From positions 797,254 to 861,253 of the forward strand of contig JAKLDG010000001.1 of NCBI GenBank assembly GCA_022703645.1: DNA of 64,000 bases, written 5' to 3'. The notes beneath the pieces were generated by a model that worked only from the letters and a program-made list of their open reading frames with translations, did not search any database and was not told the DNA's origin. Numbering within the stretch: the first letter of the stretch is position 1; each line of letters begins with the position of its first letter. The stretch is from Patescibacteria group bacterium (GTDB taxonomy: Bacteria; Patescibacteriota; JACPGU01). The translations under genes were made by a program, and so were the position numbers. This document shows, one piece after another, positions 54,783 to 63,060 of the stretch.

Positions 54783-56330
54783 ATGACCATGGACAAACAA
54801 AAACAACTACCACCCGATCAATGGTATCTCTACATTAGAAAAAGCACCGATGAAGAAGATCGTCAGGTTCTTTCTCTTGAAGCTCAAATGACCGAATTAA
54901 AAGAATTTGCCCAAAGGGAAAATGTAGAGATAACTGAAACATTTGTAGAAAAAAGAACCGCAAAAATACCCGGTCGCCCTGTTTTCAATGAAATGCTCTC
55001 TAAGCTGGAGAATAGCAATGGAAGAATTGGAATTTTAAGCTGGGCTCCCGACAGATTATCAAGAAATTCTGTCGATGGCGGAAAAATAATCTATCTTTTG
55101 GATATGGGTAGAATTGCCAGCTTAAAATTCCCTACCTTTGCTTTTGAAAATAATCCTTCGGGCAAATTCTTTTTGTCCATTTCTCTGTCTAACGCAAAAT
55201 ACTATGTAGATAATCTCGCGGAAAATGTAAGACGAGGCAATAGAGCAAAACTGCGTCGAGGCGAATGGCCAGGGCAAAAACCTTTTGGCTATATTTATGA
55301 CCACCGACTTAGAAACATTGTTCCCGACAAAAAGAAAGCGGAAAAAATCAAAATTATTTTTGAAGAATTTGCCACAGGCAAATACACTTACGAAACTATC
55401 TCTGATCGCATGATAGAATTTGGGATTAAAAGCAAGAGCGGGAAAAGAAAATCCAATCATGCGACAAACTATCTTTTAACTAATGCTCTCTACTGCGGAA
55501 TAATGAATTGGGATGGCGAGGCATACGAGGGAAAATACCAGCCGCTCATCTCAAAGCAATTGTTTTCAAAGGTTCAGGAAGTTCTACAAAACAAGAGCAG
55601 ACCAAGGCGAGGAGTCAGGGGCAACCACAATTTTCCTTTCTGCGGGCTTTTCAGGTGCTCTTGTGGCTCAATGTATACCGCTCAATGGGCTCGTGGCCAT
55701 GGCGGGCTTTACAGATACTACCGATGCACCAGAAAGCACGGAAAATGCTCCGAGCCGTATATCCAAGAAAAAGATCTGCAAAATAGAATCATAGAAAAGA
55801 TTAAAACAATTGCTTTGCCTGACGATTGGGCCGAGCCGATGTTAAATTACTTAGAACAAGAAAAAAAGAAAGAAGCCCAATCATCAAACGCTTTTGTCCA
55901 AGAGATCAACAAAAAACTTATTTCTACTCAAGATAAAATGGACAAACTTTTAGAACTTTATCTTGATAACATGCTTGACGAGGAAACTTACAAAATAAAA
56001 AAAGAAAGTCTCGTCAATCAAAAAATCGCCCTTAAGGACGAAAAACAAATTCTTGGGCAAAAGCGGATGAGCGGCTGGATCGAACCTACGATAGATTATA
56101 TTAAAACACTTGAGAAAGCCAAAAATATCAGCCCAGCGGTATCTCTCCCCGAGATTTCGCAATTTGTGGAAAAAATTGGAACGAACCGCCTGATTTCAAA
56201 TAAAAACATCATTTGGAATTTCTTGGAACCTTATGATTTTACAGCTTCAATTCTCGCTCGCCCCGCCCGCCTTCGGGGCGAGCGAGGAGTCAAAATTCCC
56301 GCAAATTTTTCGCTCTCTCCAATTCAATAA
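54783..56330 (+). CDS. Large serine recombinase (resolvase/invertase N-terminal catalytic domain, recombinase domain, zinc ribbon, coiled coil)
   Basis: N-terminus YLYIRKSTDEEDRQVLSLEAQ...RLSRNSVDGGKIIYLL (catalytic Ser region), Cys-rich CGLFRCSCG...YRCTRK, then coiled coil. The last 49 codons lie inside inverted repeat B'. Confidence 0.8.
   Translation: MTMDKQKQLPPDQWYLYIRKSTDEEDRQVLSLEAQMTELKEFAQRENVEITETFVEKRTAKIPGRPVFNEMLSKLENSNGRIGILSWAPDRLSRNSVDGGKIIYLLDMGRIASLKFPTFAFENNPSGKFFLSISLSNAKYYVDNLAENVRRGNRAKLRRGEWPGQKPFGYIYDHRLRNIVPDKKKAEKIKIIFEEFATGKYTYETISDRMIEFGIKSKSGKRKSNHATNYLLTNALYCGIMNWDGEAYEGKYQPLISKQLFSKVQEVLQNKSRPRRGVRGNHNFPFCGLFRCSCGSMYTAQWARGHGGLYRYYRCTRKHGKCSEPYIQEKDLQNRIIEKIKTIALPDDWAEPMLNYLEQEKKKEAQSSNAFVQEINKKLISTQDKMDKLLELYLDNMLDEETYKIKKESLVNQKIALKDEKQILGQKRMSGWIEPTIDYIKTLEKAKNISPAVSLPEISQFVEKIGTNRLISNKNIIWNFLEPYDFTASILARPARLRGERGVKIPANFSLSPIQ
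56182..56328 (-). repeat. Inverted repeat B' (right copy), reverse complement of 54567..54714; overlaps the 3' end of the large serine recombinase ORF
   Basis: A 147-bp apparently perfect match to rc(B); it encodes the recombinase C-terminal NRLISNKNIIWNFLEPYDFTASILARPARLRGERGVKIPANFSLSPIQ. Confidence 0.85.
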
Positions 56331-56550
56331 ATCCGATTGGATTGCTTACATTTACATTCCTGTGTTTGGCAGGATTGAGAAAATCAGGGTTGGTCGTATA
56401 TGGCGAACCAAAGTAGTCAACACAACACAGGAAAGATTAGATAACTATTATAAAAACTGCGAATATGTGATAACCCAATAACTACTGGGTTATTTTTAGT
56501 ATATCTGATTGCATTTTACCATACAATTAATTTTTTAGAAAGGAGTAAAA

Positions 56551-57120
56551 ATGAAAAAAGTAGCAATTTATGTTCGTTGCAGTACCGACAAGGGACAGGA
56601 TTTAGACACTCAAATACTGCCACTGAAAGAGTATGTCGCCAATCGTGGTTGGGAAGTCTACAAAATATATCAAGACTATGCTGAAAGCGGTTCAAAACAG
56701 GACAGAAAAGCCTTAAAAGAGCTAATGGATGATGCAAGACGACGCAAATTCCATGTTTGTGCCGTGGCACGCTGGGATAGATTTTCAAGGTCAACTCGGC
56801 AATTACTAGAATCATTGGAAACATTTAGAGCGGTTGGCGTAGATTTTGTCAGTCTGCATAATGCAACCGATACAACTACTCCCGAAGGAAAAATGTTTTT
56901 TACAATAATAGCTGGGTTTGCCGAATATGAAAGAGAACTGATAAGGAGTAGGGTTCTTGATGGTTTGAATAAGGCCAGAGCAAAAGGTAAAACTCTCGGC
57001 CGTCCAAAAGTTCCTATAGATATTCAAAAATTATTTCAACTAAAATCAGAAGGATTATCAATCCGAAAAATAGCAGAGGAATTGAAGGTTCCGAAATCAA
57101 CGGTGCAGAATTATATATGA
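56551..57120 (+). CDS. Small serine recombinase (Hin/Gin-like DNA invertase or resolvase) with C-terminal HTH
   Basis: 189 aa. VAIYVRCSTDKGQDLDTQ (catalytic Ser), ...VARWDRFSRS..., C-terminal LSIRKIAEELKVPKSTVQNYI HTH. Confidence 0.85.
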   Translation: MKKVAIYVRCSTDKGQDLDTQILPLKEYVANRGWEVYKIYQDYAESGSKQDRKALKELMDDARRRKFHVCAVARWDRFSRSTRQLLESLETFRAVGVDFVSLHNATDTTTPEGKMFFTIIAGFAEYERELIRSRVLDGLNKARAKGKTLGRPKVPIDIQKLFQLKSEGLSIRKIAEELKVPKSTVQNYI

Positions 57121-57150
57121 GCATAAAATGGCTTAAAATACATATTTTTC

Positions 57151-57179
57151 TTGACAATCATAGCGTTTTGTGGTATACT
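57151..57179 (+). promoter_or_regulatory. Perfect-spacing consensus sigma70 promoter TTGACA-17-TATACT
   Basis: -35 at 57151-57156 and -10 at 57174-57179. Confidence 0.65.
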
Positions 57180-57312
57180 GATTACATCAAAAATATCTTA
57201 TGAATATACCTTAACAATTCTACAAGAACTTGCTCACGAGGTGAGTCTTTATGATAAAATTTCTTTGTTAAAAATCTTGGGCGATATTTCGCCTGTATCC
57301 GAGGAGGATAAA

Positions 57313-57708
57313 ATGCCATACAAAGCAGCGACCACAGTATCAAAAAAGACAATAAGGGGTTCCGTTATCGTTGTAGCCCCGTCGGTAAGCAATATTGCAG
57401 ATAAAGTAGAAATTATTCTGGACAAGTATTACAAGAAAGCGGTTGGATGTGCCAACTATTGCTTTATTCCGCTTCAGATTCAGCAAATAAGTTTTCTGCG
57501 TGGTGGCTTTTATTGCGACATGCCTGCGTGTACGCAGTACAAGGCCGCCGTGATTTCTGCCGAGATAGACCCCTTCGTCCAAACAAACAAAAGGCACTGG
57601 AAGAAGTGGTTTGAAGAATTGATACAGGTAATCGGCGAAGAACTCGGTTGTTCGGAGCTGAAAATCACCTATACCGAGCTGGATGTGAAGGTGCTTCAAC
57701 AAGATTAA
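57313..57708 (+). CDS. Hypothetical Cys-containing small protein (131 aa) behind a strong promoter and SD
   Basis: Start moved to MPYKAATT..., preceded by gaggaggataaaATG. The track's longer ORF starts inside the promoter. No motif recognised. Confidence 0.45.
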   Translation: MPYKAATTVSKKTIRGSVIVVAPSVSNIADKVEIILDKYYKKAVGCANYCFIPLQIQQISFLRGGFYCDMPACTQYKAAVISAEIDPFVQTNKRHWKKWFEELIQVIGEELGCSELKITYTELDVKVLQQD

Positions 57709-57735
57709 AATCTCACAGAAGAGGGGTGGCTATTC

Positions 57736-57984
57736 ATGGCAATAAAATATCAGAAGTTGAGCGAGTTGAGCGAGAAGGCCAGAAAAATTCTCCTCAAAGC
57801 GAAACGGGGAGAAAAGGAGTTAGAGATAGATTATCAATCAGCAGGGCAGATAAGCAACTATCTTCATAACAAAGACTATCTGTCCGAGCAAGAGAGAGTA
57901 ATAATGGAAGAGGCTGATGAATACATGCGGAAGCAAGAAGATATACATATGCACCTCTGCGATACAGGCCAGTTTCCTTCCTGA
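57736..57984 (+). CDS. Hypothetical small protein (82 aa)
   Basis: SD-like gagggg upstream; charged helical composition. Confidence 0.35.
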   Translation: MAIKYQKLSELSEKARKILLKAKRGEKELEIDYQSAGQISNYLHNKDYLSEQERVIMEEADEYMRKQEDIHMHLCDTGQFPS

Positions 57985-58120
57985 TTTTTCAAAAACAACG
58001 CAACATGTGTTTTCGGAGGAATCCTTCAATTGGATTCCTTTTTTATTTCAAAAAATTTTAATTTTACGATAGCCTGCATCTAATAAAATAAAAAAACGGC
58101 TTAAATAACACAAAGTATTG

Positions 58121-58149
58121 TTGACAAATCTCAAAAAGTATGCTATAAT
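58121..58149 (+). promoter_or_regulatory. Perfect consensus sigma70 promoter TTGACA-17-TATAAT
   Basis: -35 at 58121-58126 and -10 at 58144-58149; downstream SD aaaggag before the 58225 ATG. Confidence 0.65.
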
Positions 58150-58224
58150 GGAAGTGTTTCTGATAATATTTTAATGAATAATATTTCGTACAATAAAAAA
58201 AAACTCAAAAAGGAGTGATAGCAA

Positions 58225-58629
58225 ATGACGAAAGTGGCTGACGATATTAATGAAATGGTTGAGACAAATTGTTGCAGATTCATAGTGCGACAGACGATGG
58301 ATGAACAAAAGGAAGACAGAGCCGTGGATACCGTAAAGGTTATACGTGCCATATACCACGAGCATATCAGACAGATTCAGCAGTCTATCCCAGACATTTC
58401 CGCAACAGCCGCCAAAGCACTGATTGAAAACCCAGATTCCGACTTTTTCTTGCCAGAAGGAGATATATGGTTTTTTGTTGAATGTTTACCAGACGATGAC
58501 CTAAAAAACCATTCTCCTGAAATACTGGCAGTAAAGATACTGGAATGGTCGGAAGAATTTATTAAAAATCACCCAAAAAAAACCAAGAAAGAAAACTGGT
58601 GGCGAAGGCTCTGCAAATTTTTCTCATAA
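58225..58629 (+). CDS. Hypothetical protein (134 aa)
   Basis: Strong promoter and SD; acidic protein, no motif recognised. Confidence 0.45.
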   Translation: MTKVADDINEMVETNCCRFIVRQTMDEQKEDRAVDTVKVIRAIYHEHIRQIQQSIPDISATAAKALIENPDSDFFLPEGDIWFFVECLPDDDLKNHSPEILAVKILEWSEEFIKNHPKKTKKENWWRRLCKFFS

Positions 58630-58734
58630 CCTTTATTCATGGACGACTCTTTTAAAAACGATATTTCATGCCGAGATATCGTTTTTTTATTGATACAAAT
58701 AGTTATGTGCTATAATAAAAAATAAAACATTATT

Positions 58735-59490
58735 ATGGATAAAAATAAAAAAGAACTTCCCATTTTTCTTCAAAATCCAAAAGTGAGAGGGATATCGAAA
58801 GAGGTTGTAGATTCTATTCCCAAAGATAAAAAAGTTTATCTAGTTGGCGGAATGGTCAGAAATGCTTTGTATTATCAGTATTTCAAGAAGATTCTGCCAT
58901 CGCGGGATTTTGATATTGCATTTGTCGGCAATAGACAGGGTTTTGTGAGCAATCTGATAAAAAAAGGATTCATATATGGAAAAACCAAGAAAAAAAATGA
59001 AATAGTATTAAAAAAATCCAAAATAAAAAAACCAAAAGCAATTCAAGATTATGTGGTTCTGGATATACATTCAGATGGAGACCAAGATATAAAAAAACAA
59101 ATAAAAGGAAAAGCGAATTTTACTATAGGCAGTTTTGCTTTAGAATTAAAGGATATTCTTTCTGAAGATTGGGCTGACAAAGTAATTACAACCCCACAAG
59201 CAGCCAAAGACTTAAAAAATAAACAAATTCGCGTTAATGCTTTGAATAAAGAACATCCTTTTCAAATCTTTTCATGCATACGATTGATGAGTTTGGGATT
59301 CAAAAAACCATCAAAGAAGGATATAGACAGGCTTCTGAAATTACTTTTTACAACAGACAATAAAGAAAGGTTTGATATAAATATCAAAAAAGTTTTTGAT
59401 TATGTAGGGGGAGAAAAGAAAGCTCGTATTTTACTAAAGAAATTAGGGATAAAAAAAGATATTTTTGATTTTAGTGTGATTCATAAATAG
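58735..59490 (+). CDS. Pol-beta-superfamily nucleotidyltransferase (CCA-adding/poly(A) polymerase head-domain-like; minimal NTase)
   Basis: YLVGGMVRNALYYQYFKKILPSRDFDIAF matches the [G][GS]x(n)DxD NTase signature (GGxVR(D/N)...DxD). It is only 251 aa with a Lys-rich tail and lacks the rest of a CCA enzyme. Confidence 0.5.
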   Translation: MDKNKKELPIFLQNPKVRGISKEVVDSIPKDKKVYLVGGMVRNALYYQYFKKILPSRDFDIAFVGNRQGFVSNLIKKGFIYGKTKKKNEIVLKKSKIKKPKAIQDYVVLDIHSDGDQDIKKQIKGKANFTIGSFALELKDILSEDWADKVITTPQAAKDLKNKQIRVNALNKEHPFQIFSCIRLMSLGFKKPSKKDIDRLLKLLFTTDNKERFDINIKKVFDYVGGEKKARILLKKLGIKKDIFDFSVIHK

Positions 59491-59856
59491 TTTTGTTATC
59501 TTGTCCCAAAAACCCCTCTAAAATTTAATAATTTTTTCTTCTGTTGAAGTTCCTAAAAAACACCGTCCAATATATAGTTGTTTTTGGGACAATATTTAAA
59601 GATGGGCTGAATAGTCCATAAAGTTTCTAAAAATACCGAACAAAATCCGAAAAATAGTTTAAAAAAGTTTCTACTCATACAAGGCCAATGCCCCAAAAAG
59701 TACCTCGGGGGGTGTTTCAAAAAAAATTCTTTTTTTATTTGACTTCACCCACATTAGACCCTTCTGTGTCTGGGGAAAATTTGGAAATAAAAATTGGTCA
59801 ATCAAAAAATTTTTCTATAATTTTTAAAAAAATACTTGACAAGTATAAAGTGAGAA

Positions 59857-60165
59857 CTATTTGATAGAGCTATCAAAATCTGTTGGCATATAGCCTGATG
59901 TGGTTGTACTGGTAACATTATTTACAATAATAGGCATCATTCTGTATGAGTCATTGGAGGTTGCCAATCCACTACTGGGTTGTTGTTCAAATGTTATGGT
60001 TGTTGGAATATGAAATCTATCTATACAACCAAAACTATCATCACAGGCCGAAGGCAGAACTAATGACCCTGCTGTCAGAATTGATAATGGAATCATAACC
60101 CAGCCATAATTTTCACTCCATACCGATAAACAATCAGCTTTAAAAATATTCTTTTTGTTGTACAT
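59857..60165 (-). CDS. Hypothetical protein (102 aa), last gene of the MazG-HAD-HAD operon
   Basis: 4-bp spacing to the upstream HAD gene. Confidence 0.35.
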   Translation of the reverse strand: MYNKKNIFKADCLSVWSENYGWVMIPLSILTAGSLVLPSACDDSFGCIDRFHIPTTITFEQQPSSGLATSNDSYRMMPIIVNNVTSTTTSGYMPTDFDSSIK

Positions 60166-60169
60166 ATCA

Positions 60170-60553
60170 TTATAAGTTACTATTGATAAACTTCTTTAAA
60201 TCTATTAAATCCCTCTTGTCTTTATCATAAAAATAAGTATTGATTCCAATGGATTGAGCACTCTTGACTGCGTCTGGACTGTGTTCAAAATAAATAACAT
60301 CTTGAGGCTCCAAATTAAAATGTTTCAATAAAGTTTTGTAATATTCTGGTTCTGATTTTTCAGGATTATGCTTTAAGGTAAAAATTTCATAAGGAATTTT
60401 ATCAAAACCAAGCTTTTTAAATTCTTCATCATTTGCATTTGTCAGAACTATCTTTTTATTTAGATAATCTTCCAACAAGTTATGCATTTCATCAAATAAA
60501 CCATTTTCGTTTACCAATGTTTCCCACGCATCAACTAAAATTGTTTTCTGCAT
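60170..60553 (-). CDS. HAD-like hydrolase (short form, degenerate motif I)
   Basis: ...IYFEHSPDAVKSAQSIGINTYFY resembles HAD motifs III-IV; 127 aa. Confidence 0.4.
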   Translation of the reverse strand: MQKTILVDAWETLVNENGLFDEMHNLLEDYLNKKIVLTNANDEEFKKLGFDKIPYEIFTLKHNPEKSEPEYYKTLLKHFNLEPQDVIYFEHSPDAVKSAQSIGINTYFYDKDKRDLIDLKKFINSNL

Positions 60554-60564
60554 GTTGCTCCTTC

Positions 60565-61164
60565 CTAATTGATTAATCCTATTCTTATTAAATCGCCTCT
60601 TAATTGTTTGGGGTCTTTAAAAAATATTGTCTTCATGCCTATTTTCTCTGCTGGTTCAAGATTATGTTCTAGGTCATCAACAAAAATACATTCTTCTGGT
60701 TTCATTCCACTTACCTCAACTGCCATCTGATAAATTTTGGGGTCTGGCTTGTGTACCCCAACTAAAGCCGAAACAATCGTGCTATCAAAATAAGAATCAA
60801 TTTTAAACTTGTCATTCAGAAATGGCCACCACTCTCTTGTTTGGTCTGACAATAAAATTAATTTTATTCCATTTGTTCTTAATTCTTTGCAAAGCTCTAT
60901 CATACCTTCATTAGGCTCAAAGAAATCCAAAAGAATCTCTTTTAATTTTCGCCAATCTTCTTTTATCCCAATTTCAGATAAGTAGTCTTTCCAAAACATT
61001 TCCTCTGAAATTTTACCAGAAAAATATTCTTTGTAATATTTTAAGAAAGAGTCTTTCGCCTTTTCAAACCCTATACCAAACCTATCTCCTGCATAATCCC
61101 AAAATTTCCAGATTCCTCTGTTCAAAAAAACTCCACCTAAATCTAAAATTATAGTTTTAATCAT
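60565..61164 (-). CDS. HAD-superfamily hydrolase (subfamily IA-like phosphatase)
   Basis: IILDLGGV (motif I-like), LLSDQ (motif II), KPDPKIY (motif III Lys), FVDD (motif IV). Confidence 0.65.
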   Translation of the reverse strand: MIKTIILDLGGVFLNRGIWKFWDYAGDRFGIGFEKAKDSFLKYYKEYFSGKISEEMFWKDYLSEIGIKEDWRKLKEILLDFFEPNEGMIELCKELRTNGIKLILLSDQTREWWPFLNDKFKIDSYFDSTIVSALVGVHKPDPKIYQMAVEVSGMKPEECIFVDDLEHNLEPAEKIGMKTIFFKDPKQLRGDLIRIGLIN

Positions 61165-61478
61165 TTCCAGCTTCTTTTATTATTTATTTCTTCTTTATCC
61201 CTAAATGCTTTTTCTAAATCAATATCAAACTTATTAGCTATCGCACATATAAATATTAGGGTATCGGCAAGTTCCTCTTCAACTGAACCAAACTTTGAAT
61301 TTAAATCAATTTTGTTGATATTCCCATGCTTTCGGATTGCTTTGAAAAGTTCCCCAACCTCCTCTCCTAACATCAGACAATTATTTAAAACATCTTTTGA
61401 AAAACCACGCTCATTTTCCATATCCAGAACATATTTTTGCAAATCTTTAAGGGTGGGTTGTTGGTTTAGGTGTAGCAT
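61161..61478 (-). CDS. MazG-like nucleotide pyrophosphohydrolase
   Basis: LGEEVGELFKAIRK...EELADTLIFICAIA: the all-alpha NTP-PPase EExxE/ExxD motifs; overlaps the next gene by 4 nt. Confidence 0.7.
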   Translation of the reverse strand: MLHLNQQPTLKDLQKYVLDMENERGFSKDVLNNCLMLGEEVGELFKAIRKHGNINKIDLNSKFGSVEEELADTLIFICAIANKFDIDLEKAFRDKEEINNKRSWK

Positions 61479-61482
61479 AATT

Positions 61483-61941
61483 TTAAATATTAAGTATTTT
61501 TCTAATCTCTACTGCCTTATCATGATTTTGCGTTGTAATATGCCTATCTCCTACTGAATAAAAAAGAGAGTTGGACAATGATATTAAATTACCAATAACT
61601 TTGTTTTTGTCTCCTTCATTAATGATTTTGAAAAGTTTTTTACATCTGGCAGCTTTATACACCGAAGAAAATTTACTAGCAACTCGTCTTAATTGTTTGG
61701 AGGCATGTTTGTAAAACGAAATCACTTCTTCGTTACCAAATGGTGTTGTTATTGGCATAATTGGATTAGTATAAACATTGCTGAAAAACATCATTTCTTC
61801 ATCAATCTCTCCGATAGCTTTTTTATATTCAATATATGGTTTTATATAAAATTCATTAATAATCAAGCCAACAACATAAACTACAATTCCGCCAATAATT
61901 GTTAAAGATGATGTCAAAACAATCTTTTCTATCTCTATCAT
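61483..61941 (-). CDS. Membrane-anchored hypothetical protein (152 aa)
   Basis: N-terminal TM helix; no motif. Confidence 0.35.
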   Translation of the reverse strand: MIEIEKIVLTSSLTIIGGIVVYVVGLIINEFYIKPYIEYKKAIGEIDEEMMFFSNVYTNPIMPITTPFGNEEVISFYKHASKQLRRVASKFSSVYKAARCKKLFKIINEGDKNKVIGNLISLSNSLFYSVGDRHITTQNHDKAVEIRKILNI

Positions 61942-61957
61942 AATATTATGCTTATTA

Positions 61958-62656
61958 TTATCTTTCTAATCCACAGGCCAAAACATCATTACTATCATCA
62001 AGTTGCTTAAAGGTCATTTTTGTGTAGTATCTTTGCCCACTAATATTTTCGTAATGAATAGTTATTAATATTTCTTTTTGTCTTTCTAATAATATTTCCA
62101 TCATTTTGTTTCCATCGTCTTCACATTTCATTCCCTTGGCTATGCTACAATCCCACTTTAATGCAAAATGGGTATGCCCACCCTTTGGTTCTATAAAGGT
62201 TTTATGTGGTGCAATGAGAAAAGAGTTTTCACCTTCAGGGATAACTATTTTGTCCATATAAACATTTTTTGCTATTCCTCTGCCAATATTTTTAAAGTAA
62301 AACAAGCCCGTGTCTTTTTCATAATTTAAAACTACAAAAGGAGCTCTTTCATAATCTAAACTTTTTCTTGTTATATCTTTCAAATCAAAAGTTTCCTTTG
62401 AATACCAAAAAACAATAACTGCAGTAATCCAAACAAATATAGCTGAAAACTTGTCATTTATGGTTATATTACTTATTTCAGGAAAAAAATATTTTATAAT
62501 TTGTTCACTATAAATTATTAAAAAAACACCAACAAAACAGATGGTCACCAAGAATTGTTTATATCTTTTTCTCCATAAAAAATCTAGCGCTCTAATTAAT
62601 ACATTGAGTTCCTTATTGCTATATTTATCCCAATCTTTTTTAAGATTCACAAACAT
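61958..62656 (-). CDS. Membrane hypothetical protein (232 aa)
   Basis: Two TM helices near the N-terminus; no motif. Confidence 0.35.
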   Translation of the reverse strand: MFVNLKKDWDKYSNKELNVLIRALDFLWRKRYKQFLVTICFVGVFLIIYSEQIIKYFFPEISNITINDKFSAIFVWITAVIVFWYSKETFDLKDITRKSLDYERAPFVVLNYEKDTGLFYFKNIGRGIAKNVYMDKIVIPEGENSFLIAPHKTFIEPKGGHTHFALKWDCSIAKGMKCEDDGNKMMEILLERQKEILITIHYENISGQRYYTKMTFKQLDDSNDVLACGLER

Positions 62657-62798
62657 ATTAATCTCCTTTAATTATTCGCATTTTTTCAAGTGCATGTTCT
62701 TTATCCATAATGATGATTATTTTATAACTACAATATAACAAAAAATCAGCTAAAAATCAACCAAAAAACAGGTCGCGAAGTTCCTGTTTTTTGGTTTA

Positions 62799-63056
62799 CT
62801 AATTTACTACAAGTTCCTTGATTTTTCTCTTGGCTTCATCATCTTCATTACTTAATCTATGCATTTCTTCTTTTGCTTCTTCTAGCTGGTTAGAGGAGAA
62901 AGTTTTTATTATTTCTGGCGGCTTTGCTTCTAAATCTACTAAATTTATTCCCAAGGTAGACATTACCTGAAGAACATACCTTGTCTTTTCATAAGGTTCT
63001 GTCCCATATCTAGGGTCTATATAGCTGTTGTTTTGTTCTTGTTGGTCTTGTTCCAT
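62799..63056 (-). CDS. Hypothetical acidic small protein (85 aa)
   Basis: ORF followed by a 14-bp perfect inverted-repeat hairpin (aaccaaaaaacagg...cctgttttttggtt) at 62760-62797. Confidence 0.35.
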   Translation of the reverse strand: MEQDQQEQNNSYIDPRYGTEPYEKTRYVLQVMSTLGINLVDLEAKPPEIIKTFSSNQLEEAKEEMHRLSNEDDEAKRKIKELVVN

Positions 63057-63060
63057 AGTA

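Larger units (their letters stand above)
51271..57120. mobile_element. Candidate invertible/mobile module: IR-A, 2.9-kb cargo, IR-A' abutting IR-B, large serine recombinase, IR-B', Hin-like small serine recombinase
   Basis: Two separate pairs of long, essentially perfect inverted repeats and two serine recombinase genes; see the individual features. Confidence 0.45.

Noticed and set aside
57151-57312. Longer version of the 57151..57708 ORF starting MTIIAFCGIL...
   Set aside because: Its first codons overlap the consensus -35/-10 promoter itself. The internal ATG at 57313 has a perfect gaggagg SD at the correct spacing, so the shorter ORF is preferred.
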